A DNA stretch of 64,000 nucleotides. Origin: Bugula neritina (Eukaryota; Animalia; Bryozoa). Position 1 is the stretch's first letter. Each line of letters starts with the position of its first letter. Under the pieces are notes generated by a model. It ran no database searches, was not told where the DNA came from, and was given only the letters and a program-made list of their open reading frames with translations. The stretch is from NCBI GenBank assembly GCA_964035545.1, contig OZ037769.1, forward strand, positions 17,638,633 to 17,702,632, written 5' to 3'. Below are positions 8,941 through 21,500 of this stretch, one piece after another. The position numbers and the translations under genes were made by a program.

Positions 8941-11932
8941 TTATTTGGATTTCTTTTTGATTTTGAACTTAAGTGAAACTAGAAAAATTGTTAAAATAAT
9001 AACAAGAGTGGCCAGTAGTACAGCAAGTATTAGTGTGATGATGAGGTAGTGGTTGGCTTCTGCAGGTGTGAGAGTTATCAGTCCATTCAGGTAGAGAGCT
9101 AAAACATAGTGTATGTATACCTGTAGTACTCAGGTAGAGGGCTAAAACATAGTGTATGTATACCTGTAGTACTCAGGTAGAAAACTACTCACCAGTATTT
9201 GACGAGGAAGGGGTGGAGGTAGAAGGGGTTTCACTGTAAGGGACTGAAGAGTTACAATTGATCACAGCAGAGTCTATGGCTGACCAGAGCCTTTGTCTCT
9301 CTTCTAGAGGGAAGGTAGACAACTCCTGTACGCCTGTTTTTAACAGTGCATATGATTGGTTGAGAGGAAACTCAAAAGGAAGGTAGCCCTCATCTGATAG
9401 GTCACTGGAAAATAAAGATATGCATTGAGATGCTACTGTGAGGCCAGAGTTGAAATAATATCAAGATATTTTATTCAGAGCAGTAAATTTACCCAGTCTT
9501 GGCAAATGTTGCCCACTGTCTCATGACTCTTTTGGATAGTTCTCTTTCTAGGTCAGTATAGCTGGTATTATGGTCCCCTGGAAGGTATTATGAAAGGTAT
9601 GTACTGTGTATAGTAAGTTATATCAGTATATTACTATAGTATATTATATCAGTATATTAGTATATAGTATATTATATCAGTATATTACTATAGTATATTA
9701 TATCAGTATATTAGTATATAGTATATTATATCAGTATATTACTATAGTAAGCTGGACTTACAGAATTCTGCAGATAAAAGAATTCTGCTGCTTTCATCTT
9801 TAGTAAGCAAAGGATAGCCAAAGACAAATGGCAGCTCTTCTGCGTGATCAGTCCCTGTACGCAGCCAATCAGGACCTTGGTACCATAAAGGAGGAAAGTT
9901 TGCCCTTTTGTGACTAAATTTGTAAGCGTATGTATTTTTGTTGGAGAAAGCCGTATGCAATTGAAGATGTTGAATTGTGGGAAGTTTTAATGCCACATCA
10001 CCTAAAAAGAGAATTAAAAGTGATTAATATAATATAATAATGTAAAGTAATAATATAATATAATAATGTAAAATAATAATATAATATAATAATGTAAAGT
10101 AATAATATAATATAATAATGTAAAGTAATAATATAATATAATAATACACATCAATTAACTGACCAGCTATTTCTGTATAAATCTCCAATCTCCTTTCATT
10201 CACTGATCTGCCATCACTATTGAGCTCTTCGTTAGTACGCATGTAGAAGTCAATGAGCAGGTCAATAACAAACTGCTTACTGCACGTGCTCCCTCCATAG
10301 TTGTAGAAGGGATAGTAAGCCAACACCTTGGTCAGTACCTCTCTAGATATACCTTCACTCACTGTCCCAGAGTAGACGTTAGACAACTGATTCACGTACA
10401 TCAGCCCTTCTTGGTCGTTCCACCCACTCAGCAAGTCATACATCTTAAAGTTGCCTGACCGTCTCAGCACCTCTGCAGACACGCCATCTCTTGTAAACTC
10501 GCTCAACACAACTCCCAAGTCAAAGGGCAGATAATCCCCATCAACTATTGGGTAAAACGGGAACGGTCTGTTGGTGAGTTGACCAGAGTTGGCCAGCTCT
10601 CTCACCGGTAAGCTTCGCAGACAAGCTAAGAAATTGTCGTCACTTGGTGGGCAGCCAAGACCGCTGGTTATGTTGTGTAACACTGGTGTGGGGTCGCGAT
10701 TCATGAATGTTATAGAGAAAGCAGAGCCACTTTGTGTGATGGCTCTTTGAAACAAGGAGGCATTGTTCTGTGGTGAGAGCATATGAAAGAGGATTGCCCG
10801 GCCCCCGCTGACTCCCCGAACAAGGTGATGCTGCTTGGGTCACCCCCATAACTTTGTATGTTGTCCTTCACCCATTCTATAGCCAGTCTCTGGTCCCACA
10901 ATCCATAGTTTCCTGGCAGTCTGGCATCACCAGTGGTAAGGAAGCCAAAGATGTTGAGACGGTAGTTGATGGTGACCACAACGACCTCTTCATGAGCAAC
11001 GATACTCTCACTGGGGTAGAGGTCAGAGGACCCGTCCAGGAAGCTTCCACCATGGATGAAAATCAGTATAGGCTGAGAAATATAAATAACATATCTATAA
11101 AGCTGGTTTGTAGGGTCATCTCCCCCTCCCACTCATAGAGTAAGTTTCAAGCAACTCTCACCTTGGGGTCAGTAGTATTTCTTGTGTATACATTCAGATA
11201 GAGGCAGTCCTCCTTACCCTTCACCTCTTGGTCAGCTGCTAAAGTCAAATGAACACAAACAGGTGCAAACTCTGTAGCTCTCAACCTTTTGCCATTAAAA
11301 CTGCCGTAGGGTTGAGGTTTAGCAAATCGAAGAGCTCCTTCAGGTGGCTTGGCATACGGGATTCCTGGAAAAATGAGTAGTGACAGAGTGTAAGTAGCGA
11401 TAGAGTGTAAGTAGTGACAGAGTGTAAGTAGCGACAGAGTGTAAGTAGCGACAGAGTGTAAGTAGCGACAGAGTGTAAGTAGCGACAGAGTGTAAGTAGC
11501 GATAGAGTGTAAGTAGCGACAGAGTGTAAGTAGCGACAGAGTGTAAGTAGCGACAGAGTGTAAGTAGTGACAGAGTGTAAGTAGCGACAGAGTGTAAGTA
11601 GCGACAGAGTGTAAGTAGCGACAGAGTGTAAGTAGCGACAGAGTGTAAGTAGCGACAGAGTGTAAGTAGCGACACGGCGTGCGCAGCGGCGCGGTGTGCG
11701 CAGCGGCACCGAGTGCAAGTAGTGATAGCTATGACTATGGTATCACAGTGCAAAACTGACACTGGAATTTGTTCTACTCACCCAAAAACCTCTGCACTTT
11801 GATCCCACTGATCTCTAGCTCAGTACCTGTGATGTCACCCAACGTTGTTTGTAAAGTGACTTCCTTTGTAAGATCAGCTGAAACCCTCAGAATAGATAGT
11901 AGTAGCAAAAATAGACTTAATATGGGAGACAT
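8941..11932 (-). CDS. Type-B carboxylesterase/cholinesterase-family protein (~652 aa), type I membrane; exons 11932-11782, 11364-11162, 11072-10164, 10001-9762, 9577-9493, 9404-9193, 9098-8941; one 1-bp frameshift at ~10795-10806
   Basis: Signal peptide MSPILSLFLLLLSILRVSA; FLGIPYAKPPEGALRF; EDCLYLNVY; IHGGSF; TINYRLNIFGFL; GNYGLWDQ; FGESAG (Ser); GWNDQEG (Glu); GTDHAEELPFVFG (His); WATFAKTG; TM LIITLILAVLLATLVIILTIFLVSL; tail KFKIKKKSK*. All splice phases fit except exon 3, which is 909 nt but needs 910. Confidence 0.93.
9088..9180. repeat. 43-bp tandem duplication containing the last esterase splice acceptor
   Basis: caggtagagrgctaaaacatagtgtatgtatacctgtagtact x2 plus a partial copy. Confidence 0.9.
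9605..9748. repeat. AT-rich intronic minisatellite
   Basis: tatatcagtatatta(c)tatagtatat units. Confidence 0.85.
10025..10146. repeat. AT-rich intronic minisatellite
   Basis: taatataatataataatgtaaag units. Confidence 0.85.
11378..11725. repeat. 17-bp tandem array (AGAGTGTAAGTAGCGAC) in esterase intron 1
   Basis: Directly visible, ~17 regular units plus 3 diverged units. Confidence 0.95.
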
Positions 11933-12130
11933 ATTGTCACACTTGGCAGCTAATGTGGTATGACAGTGGTTAGTAGTTATCAACAGTCTTCAATATTGTA
12001 CAAGTGTATTTGCAGCACTATAGTCATGTTATTGTATCAGCACACAAAGGTCAATTTCTCACACAGATACAGCACTCTTTGATTGATAAGGGTTTTGAGA
12101 TAACAAAATAATTTGGAAGCCTTGCACATA

Positions 12131-12448
12131 ACTGCTTATAGTCTGCTTATATTTGCAGCCGGAGCTGCTTATAGTCTTATTTTCAGCCGGAGCTGTTTAT
12201 AGTCTTATCTGCAGCCAGGGCTGCTTATAGTCTGCAGCCGGGGCTGCTTATAGTCTGCAGCCGGGGCTGCTTATAGTCTGCAGCCGGGGCTGCTTATAGT
12301 CTGCAGCCGGGGCTGCTTATAGTCTGCAGCCGGGGCTGCTTATAGTCTGCAGCCGGGGCTGCTTATAGTCTGCAGCCGGGGCTGCTTATAGTCTGCAGCC
12401 AGGGCTGCTTATAGTCTGCAGCCAGGGCTGCTTATAGTCTGCAGCCGG
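12131..12448. repeat. 23-bp GC-rich tandem array with internal hairpin (GCAGCC-GG-GGCTGC) between divergent genes
   Basis: Unit CTGCAGCCGGGGCTGCTTATAGT. Confidence 0.95.
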
Positions 12449-12511
12449 AACTAGTTTTGTTCAAATTGTTGAGATAATATTGGTTGCAGCTCACCGGCTG
12501 ATTTCATTATT

Positions 12512-15500
12512 ATGACGATGACCCGTTACGGACGACTGGACGCAGACGTTGCAAGTTTACTCGGAATCGACAGGTTGGCTGTGCAACACTCAAAGTGATC
12601 ACTTGCAGTTATACTTATAGTTATTGTGAATGCTGAAAAACTGCTTCCCAACATGTTATAACTTTTCAACAAAAAAAGGTGGGTGTTGACTAGCTCTGAA
12701 CTTAACATTAAAAACTTGCAAGTTTCACCGTCAGGTGAAAGTTTTGTTTAAATTCAATATCAGTTGTTGTATGAGTTAATGTTATCACTTATCAGTATGA
12801 GTATCAGTATCAGTATCTCACCTAGAACTTTCACTTTTACTTTGAGTTTGATTCTGATTTAGAATATAATTCAATCAGATTGTCCTTGAGATTCACTATG
12901 ACTATCGGTATCGATCACTAGGAGTAGAGTGGCCCTTCACTTTGATTCTCAGCAATGTGAATATAAATATTACAGTTACTGTCAGCAATATGAAATATGA
13001 ATAAGTTTAACTAGTGTAATTATTATTATATCGTGAAACTGATTTATCATTTAATGATTTGTCACTATCTGACTGATTTTAATTTATTTCACTGTTTGGA
13101 ATTAATGAGCTGCTAACTATCCGTGTGACTATGAGTATGATTATGTTGAACAAAACATTATAAAAGAAAATAATTTTTTAATTTCAAATAACTTGCAACT
13201 TGTAGAACAGAAGATTAAATTACGATGAGTTATGATTATTATTATTAGGTAATATAGATTAATAATTTTGTTAAATAAGAGAATTTGGATAGTAATCGTG
13301 ATTAAGTTTGTGCAATTTAAATTAATGAAAACATTTAGTTAGCCTTTGTGATGGCAGTAAAATCATTGGCATAGTAAAAAGAAAACTTTTTGCTAGAAAA
13401 ATGCTTATATGGCTTGGTTTGTATTTGAATTGTTTATTAACATTTATGATTAAATGAATAATTAGCATGTGGTGTGTTACGTATATATCATTTATTGTTC
13501 TATTTAACTTTGTGTAAGGGTTAGCACTAAAGACTACCAATTAGCCTACAGCTTTGGGCATCTGGCAGACAGCAGCATAACAAATGAAACTTTATTGTCT
13601 TGGCTATAATATAAGCTTAGCAATAGAAAAGTGCTAAAACTCCCTGAGCTATCAAATTAGGCACCTGAGCATAAATATGTGACATTTGAAACTTTTGCTT
13701 TATTTGGTGAGCAAAAGAAAGAAAATTTTGTTGAGTTGTTTTTTGTGAAAACATGTTCTTGCACATAATATATCACTGTGTATCGGTGAGTAACTCTTAG
13801 CACCAATGACTGCTCAGCAGCAGGCTGACAGATTCTCGGCCTGCACAGCTGATTTTGTGGTTAATCTCGTATTATCCTGTACAATGGGTTGATGACAGTT
13901 CTAGTTAAGTTGACCATGTCGGTTGGTTCTCTTTTAGCAACTCTTTGTATTGACTATAACAACTTTTCTCATTTGGTCTGTAATTTGGGCTTTGCACAGG
14001 TCACTGAAGTAGTTATCTTTTTTAAACCATTTTGGAATTGTCCTGGTGATATGATCAGGAAAGTATGCTGAGAAGTAATTTTTTCCTACTTTTTCTTAAG
14101 TGGCTTGTTCCTGTATAATCTCTAGGTGGCTGGCAGCATGGATTTAACTTTCATAACGTTTTACTTTACCAGGTCTTGCCATAGAGTAGCAATTTTCTTA
14201 AGCCAATTTCAAGTTAGAAATAGCTGGCTTCATAACATCCTAAAAATCACTTCCCAGTTCTCTGCACTACTGCAAAACCAAACCTAATTGCTGCTGATGT
14301 TATATGTTAGTACTGTTTAGTTGGATAGATGTAATATACATTCACCATTCAGCATAGTAGAAAGGGTAGAATATGAGTTTATAGACATGATAAATTTGGG
14401 TGGTGGATTATGCCACCACTGCTTACTTAGGTTGTGTAATGTTATTTTATAAAGTATAATATTATTTTATAAAGTATACTCTATGCTGTAAATATATACA
14501 TGAGACACTCCTGAAGAGCAGATACAATGTAATACATCAATATGCTGCTATTACTTTTATATGGTCCATTTATCTATTAATATGTCCATTATCTATTATA
14601 TTATATAGTTTATACTCTCTATTATATTATATAGTTTATATTCTCTATTATATTATATAGTTTATATTCTCTATTATATTATATAGTATATATTCTCTAT
14701 TATATTATATAGTTTATATTCTCTATTATATTATATAGTTTATATTCTCTATTATATTATATAGTATATACTCTATTATATTATATAGTTTATATTCTCT
14801 ATTATATTATATAGTTTATACTCTCTATTATATTATATAGTTTATACTCTCTATTATATTATATAGTTTATATTCTCTATTATATTATATAGTTTATATT
14901 CTCTATTATATTATATAGTATATATTCTCTATTATATTATATAGTTTATATTCTCTATTATATTATATAGTTTATATTCTCTATTATATTATATAGTTTA
15001 TATTCTCTATTATATTATATAGTATATATTCTCTATTATATTATATAGTTTATATTCTCTATTATATTATATAGTATATATTCTCTATTATATTATATAG
15101 TTTATATTCTCTATTATATTATATAGTTTATATTCTCTATTATATTATATAGTTTATACTCTCTATTATATTATATAGTTTATATTCTCTATTATATTAT
15201 ATAGTTTATATTCTCTATTATATTATATAGTTTATATTCTCTATTATATTATATAGTTTATATTCTCTATTATATTATATAGTTTATATTCTCTATTATA
15301 TTATATAGTTTATACTCTCTATTATATTATATAGTTTATATTCTCTATTATATTATATAGTATATATTCTCTATTATATTATATAGTATATATTCTCTAT
15401 TATATTATATAGTTTATATTCTCTATTATATAGTTTATACTCTCTATTATATCATATAGTTTATATTCTCTATTATATTCAGTATATATTTTCCTAGAAT

Positions 15501-18500
15501 GTTGTTTAGAGACATAAAAAAACTGCCTATGCACAACATACTTTGCATCTGTTTAGTATCTCGTAATTACACATAAAAAAATCAAAGCCAATTATAAGGC
15601 AAAAGACCATAATACTGTACTATCATTGGATAGTTCTTCATCAATAAACAGGTAGTCGCCAGTGGTGGATATGAACCCCTCCTAGATGTTTCTCGTACTT
15701 CTTCCTCAAAAAACATTTTCATTAAGCCAAAAAGAAATAACAATACACCTTTTTAGTTGACACTTTTTAATTTCTGACTGATATTTCACCTTATTTCCAA
15801 TTATAATTAATTTTTAACCGGCACTTTTCTTTGTAGTAATTCCTACCCTTTAGACTGTGTACTTTGAAATGAGTCTGTTTTACTCGTTACATAAAGTATA
15901 GTTGCACTGGCTACAGGTTGACACAAAAGCAAGCCTATCTTGATAAAATCATGCGCAAATGTAGAAACTATCGAGGAGTTTGTTCCTCATAATTAGAAAT
16001 TGACAAATTATTTTTAATCCGTTTAAAAGCATCTGGTTAGGGAAGCATATGCCGTGTTCAATTTGTTATTCTAGCATTAACAATAACAGAATGCAATAAT
16101 TATAAGTTTATGAGAGTAATTTGTTTTCTTTCTAATTACAAATATAATATTTTAGTATAATATATTATTGTAAATTTATAAGGCTTGCATTAGGAATAAC
16201 GCAGCTAAAACATCATTTTCCTTAAAGCCTTAAAAATATATAAGTATAACATAATACACTATGCCGATAAACTTATTAAAGTATCAAGCAAGCTTAGCTA
16301 GTTTAAGAAAAATTACACTAGGTAAATTACCATTATTTATAGAATGCTTGCTGATATTAGCTTTTGATGTAATTAAAGTAAATTATTATTTATCTTTCTA
16401 GCTAAGGATTTCTCGCCGTAAGTTTTGCTTTTATGCATGGAGAAATGTCGTAACAAACGAGTTAAATTTTTATAGCACATAAAAATGTAATCTATAAGTC
16501 GAAGATATTTAAACTTGGCCATTAACTCATTTTAATTAGAAATGTAGCCTAAATCTAATACAATACAAAATATATACCAGTATATATAATATATTTTTAC
16601 CATGCTGGTAATTACAGTATTTGTAAGACAAATTTTATGCTCATTAATTAAATGCAACAAATATTTATAAAATACTAATAATGTTGAATAAATAAATTCA
16701 ATAATTCCTTTTCTATTTAAATGGCTGCATAATTTCTTGCAAGGTTGTATAAAGGAGTTGTGGCCCACAACTTATTATGTGTTCAATTGCCACATATGTC
16801 TTAGGAAGAAGAAAACTCCCCAAAAATTCTTAGTTTGAAAATTCTAGTATAATTAAAATCACTTAATATATGTCTTTGAAATGCATTTTGCCACTCTGCA
16901 AAGTTGCAGGAACAAATATTGCATGAAGTAATAAATGATTTATGAAGTAATTAACAAACCAATGTAAAAACTGTTGTTGTATATAGAACACAACATATTG
17001 ATTTTCTTCAATTTCCACATCAAATCTATATATTCAATTATATCTAACCAATGCTAATAAACTAAACATGCATGCATACAAATATTTGCATCATATGCAA
17101 GTAATATTAGCTAATTAGCAACTACAGCATTTTTTTCATTATCTTTATTGCTTGCATATGTCTAAGTATTATTAAAATAAGGTTTTTATTTGCAACTTTG
17201 CACCACAAATTACATATAATCTAAAAACTTGAGTTGTGACATAGGGCTACCTATACACAAATAGACCTTCATAAAACTCTCAATGATTTTATTCAACTCA
17301 TGTATGCAAAAGTTTTGCTTTAAAACAATTCTTCTAAATCACCCTAGAGCAGGAAATTATTACAAAAACAGCTTCTCATATATAATCTTTCCCCAGATTA
17401 ATTTTTTTTCCTGTATTTAAACTAACTTAGCAAGTGAAGATTGTGATATCACTCAGGTATAATCACATATATATTATTCATAGCTGTAATACTTTAGCAA
17501 TGAATAGATCATGTTTAATTTCCACTCTACCTAGCAGTTTTTCAGAATTATAGAGCTATGTATATCGTGAAATTGGAATAGCCTAATAGTTTTACATGTG
17601 TTTATAGCTAGTCAAGCTAACTTCAAAAGCTTACAATAATTAGATGATATTTGCATTCTTTTGAAGGTTATGGTGAAGCTACTGCAAAACTGGCCATTAG
17701 TTTAGCATAATATGCAATGCCACGCAAAAGCATGCCAAACAAGCAATGTTTATTTACCTTACCAGCGCAATTTTATCACCTTAAACACAAAAGCAAGTAT
17801 AAAATACACATCCATATTAGATTAACTGTCAAGTTAAAAAAAGACAACATATATTCATGAGCTAGTTCTGTTTGCACAAGTACAATTTAGACCAGCTTAT
17901 TATTTAGATTGCCACAAGAATATGACATAAAATATGTCTTTAATCATTATTTTGATATTCACTGGTTGAAGATATTTTTTATATCCTAATATGTAAATAT
18001 TGTACATAAATCTTAAAAATTAACTAGGTGAATAAGGAAAACTGCTAATTTTATGAAACTGTTATGTTAATAAAGACAATGGCTATCAACAAATCCCACC
18101 AGACCACAAACTAATTGTAAATACTAAAGCAATTATATAGTGCTATGTGTTGATCTAGCCTAGTCAATACACCACAAATATGTATTATGACATACCACAT
18201 TTTAAGTACTGGGTTACCATTTATTCTAATGGGTATTTGTTTAAACTGTTATATACAGCTTTTTGCACTACCAATATACAAGCCAGTTGTTATTCTGTCA
18301 CTTTTTATCTACATCTCTTTTTAATGCCAGTTACTTGTTAGCTTCAGTACAAACAGCTAAACATTCTACTCTACAGCCAATCTTACTGTTAACTCTTGTT
18401 TAACAATATTACAAGAATCTAAAAATTTGAGTGTGTTTTAAGTATAATATTCTATCATTATAACTTTTAAATGAAACAATAATATGATAAATGCATTATA

Positions 18501-21500
18501 ACTTTCTGAAAAGTTTGTTTGCAAAGTATATGTTTTTGGAAAATAGTTTTACAACATTTGCTAGGAGCATTATATTTATTCCTATCTAAAATAATTTTGT
18601 TTGAACTGCTATGTTTGTAATCATGTAATCAGAAGTAAAGCATCAGTAAAATGAGTATAAGTAGAAGCTTGACAGCTACATTAGGCATTGCTACATAGTA
18701 CATAAATGTATGGCCGTATTAAATACTTAGCTGCATTCACAGATAAATGCATGGCTTGGAATTACAATACCATGAATACATTATTTATTTAGCTGGGTAA
18801 CTATACAATTATGCCAAAGTGAAAAGCCTTTGGTTATTAATGCCTGAAATGTCTAACAATCTACTTGGGAGACCACCTTGTTGTTACAGAGTGAATGAGT
18901 TATTTGTTTGGCATTTGGATGATGGCACAAAGAAAGGCTATTTGGTTTGTTACTTGAGACTAGTAGCAAACTGCTACAGTCATAGCATCTTAGAAGATTT
19001 TGCATCACTTGCATCACTGCGTACATTATTTTAATGTAGCTATTGAAATTAATATCTCACTGAAAACACAGTATTGCAAAATCTTAAGCTGTACATAATT
19101 ATATTATGCATCAAAAAGTACTTCTGCTATTCGACTATCCCAGGTTTATTTTAAACTAGCACTGCCAAAGTGCCTTGACTCTATTACACTGTTTACTAGC
19201 TAATTTTGTTCTTCTCAATAGTGAAATAGATCTATTGCAAGAAATTAATGACTAGATATAACAATAATGATTTTTAGGCAAGACTTTCGCATCTATATTG
19301 CTCATCTGCTAGCTTGAAATACCCCTCTCCTTGGACTAATCTCAGGCATTTCATTGTTGTTTAAACAGTTTTTAAACTCCTATTTCAATAAATCATTACC
19401 AACACTGCCTGCATGTATTAATATTCATTAGTGCAGTCAATGCACTGTGGAGACAGCACCTGATGTTCTGTATATTACATTATAGTACAGAGATACTAAA
19501 TCCAAAACATCTAAAATAATTGATGCTTCTACCAGATTTTTAGCACACCTATAATATGTATTCCTGTAGTAAATATTAATAAGATGTTTTAACTGATAGT
19601 TTTTATGCCATTATAATAGTTAGATACTATAACTACAACTTGAAACTCTTTAACCAGCACATTGGTTAGTAATATTGCTTCTTGATATTTAATTGCTGGT
19701 TCACAAACTATCAATAATAGGGATGCATATCAAAACTTGACTGCATTCATAATATGATTTTAATGCTATGTAATGACTAAGCATGTCTGGCTGATATGAA
19801 TGAGGTGACTATTTTGTACACTGTTTAACAACATCAGCTTTTTGGGTTCATTTAAAGCATCTGCAAATCTGTATTATACATAATTACTGTTAGGGCCCAT
19901 TAATTAAATTGTTAACCCTGAAATGCTTTTTACACTGTAATACTAAGTAGCAAAAGACATGTATATATATATAAACTGATTGTAATTTATACATAACATT
20001 GTACATTTAAAAAAACTCACAAAATACATAATTTATTAGCTAAATTTCAAGGCGTTTTGTAGGTAGTGGGTTAATGTCAATAAAGTAGAATCCGGGAAGT
20101 TGAGTAGCTTTATTCAAGAGGAAGGCTCTCCAACAGTTCTACCAAAGCCTAAATAACACGTATAAAATAAAGGTTATATGCACAATTTTTTTTCCAAAAC
20201 AGCCTGCAACTGTTTTGCTATTGCATATGCCCTATGCCATTCATCAAGTGGAACAATTTTAACCAGGATATCTAGAAAAGTTGACACAAGGGCTTTATAA
20301 ACTATGTAACAGTAAAACTGTGAGTAGAAATTAATTGACACTAATGAATAATGCTTTAGGTGCTGGCAACAACCATAAAAGAAAAGTTATATAACAAACA
20401 AATAGAAAAAGCACTAAACAAATCAACAGCATTATATACAATTGGGGCACATACATGAAAACAGCAGCTAGTGTCATTTTCTTAAGACAGCACTATTTTA
20501 GGTGTAAATTTGAGAAGTATTAGAAAATGCAGAAATTTACTGCAATTGGTTCATTTTATTTAAGTTAGTACATACTGAAGATCTCAAGTTTTTGCTAATG
20601 AACATGAGTTTTGGCCCGAAACTAAAAAAATATCAATAAATACACCTAAATAATCAAGGCTCTTTTTAAGTTTCTTTGATTTCCTATGCTTTTTTTCTAA
20701 TTACAGCAACTTCTGACTGGGGATCGCCACGGTTAGTTTGTAACAGTAGGCAATCCAAATGAAATGAATAAATAGGAAAAAACATGAGAAATCATGCAAA
20801 ATTAAGAAGAACCTTGATTATTTAGGTGTATTTCTTGATGTCTCACTAATTTTAAGCAAAAAGCATTGTTCATTAGCAGCTAAATTGTAAAAATGGCTAA
20901 AAACTGCAGATTTCCAGTGTGTACTAAATTAAATAAAAGGACTCAATCACCTTTGCAACATAATTCAATAATTGCATGGTCAAGCAGAATAAACTACAAT
21001 TAACAGCAACAACAGTGTAATAGTTGCGTAGAAAAGTTGTACTGCAAAAAACTAAAAGAATGCAAAATCTATAAATGTGTGCTACCAAGTAAATGCTGAA
21101 CAGACATCATGAAATAGTGTACGAAATACAAACTATTAAACTTACCTGTTGATCTAATGCAGCCAAAACCTTAAGCTTAGAGTAGTGGAATGGTGCTGTT
21201 CGATGTTGATACGCTACAAGTAGCTAAGATGACTCAAATTCTTGCCTTTAGGAGTAAGAGGCCTCAGCTCAGTTTCAACAAAACTTCCAATAATCTCAAC
21301 GGATGCGCTCAATTAGGAGCCACAACAAAGCACACCCATGTCATTTTAGTAAACTCTAAAAAATGAACGGAAATAAAACTGTTAGAGAGTAAACAGAGAA
21401 ACATATAGTGATGGGGGAAAAACCTGTCAGAAAAGGTTATATACACTCATAGTCATAACACGAAGAAAAAGATAATGAATAACAAGCTATTCAAGATGAC

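Noticed and set aside
18860-19010. P-element transposase C-terminus (CxxC...GGL.PS) on the minus strand
   Set aside because: CYDC and QQGGLPS are in different frames and no catalytic motifs were found; too weak.
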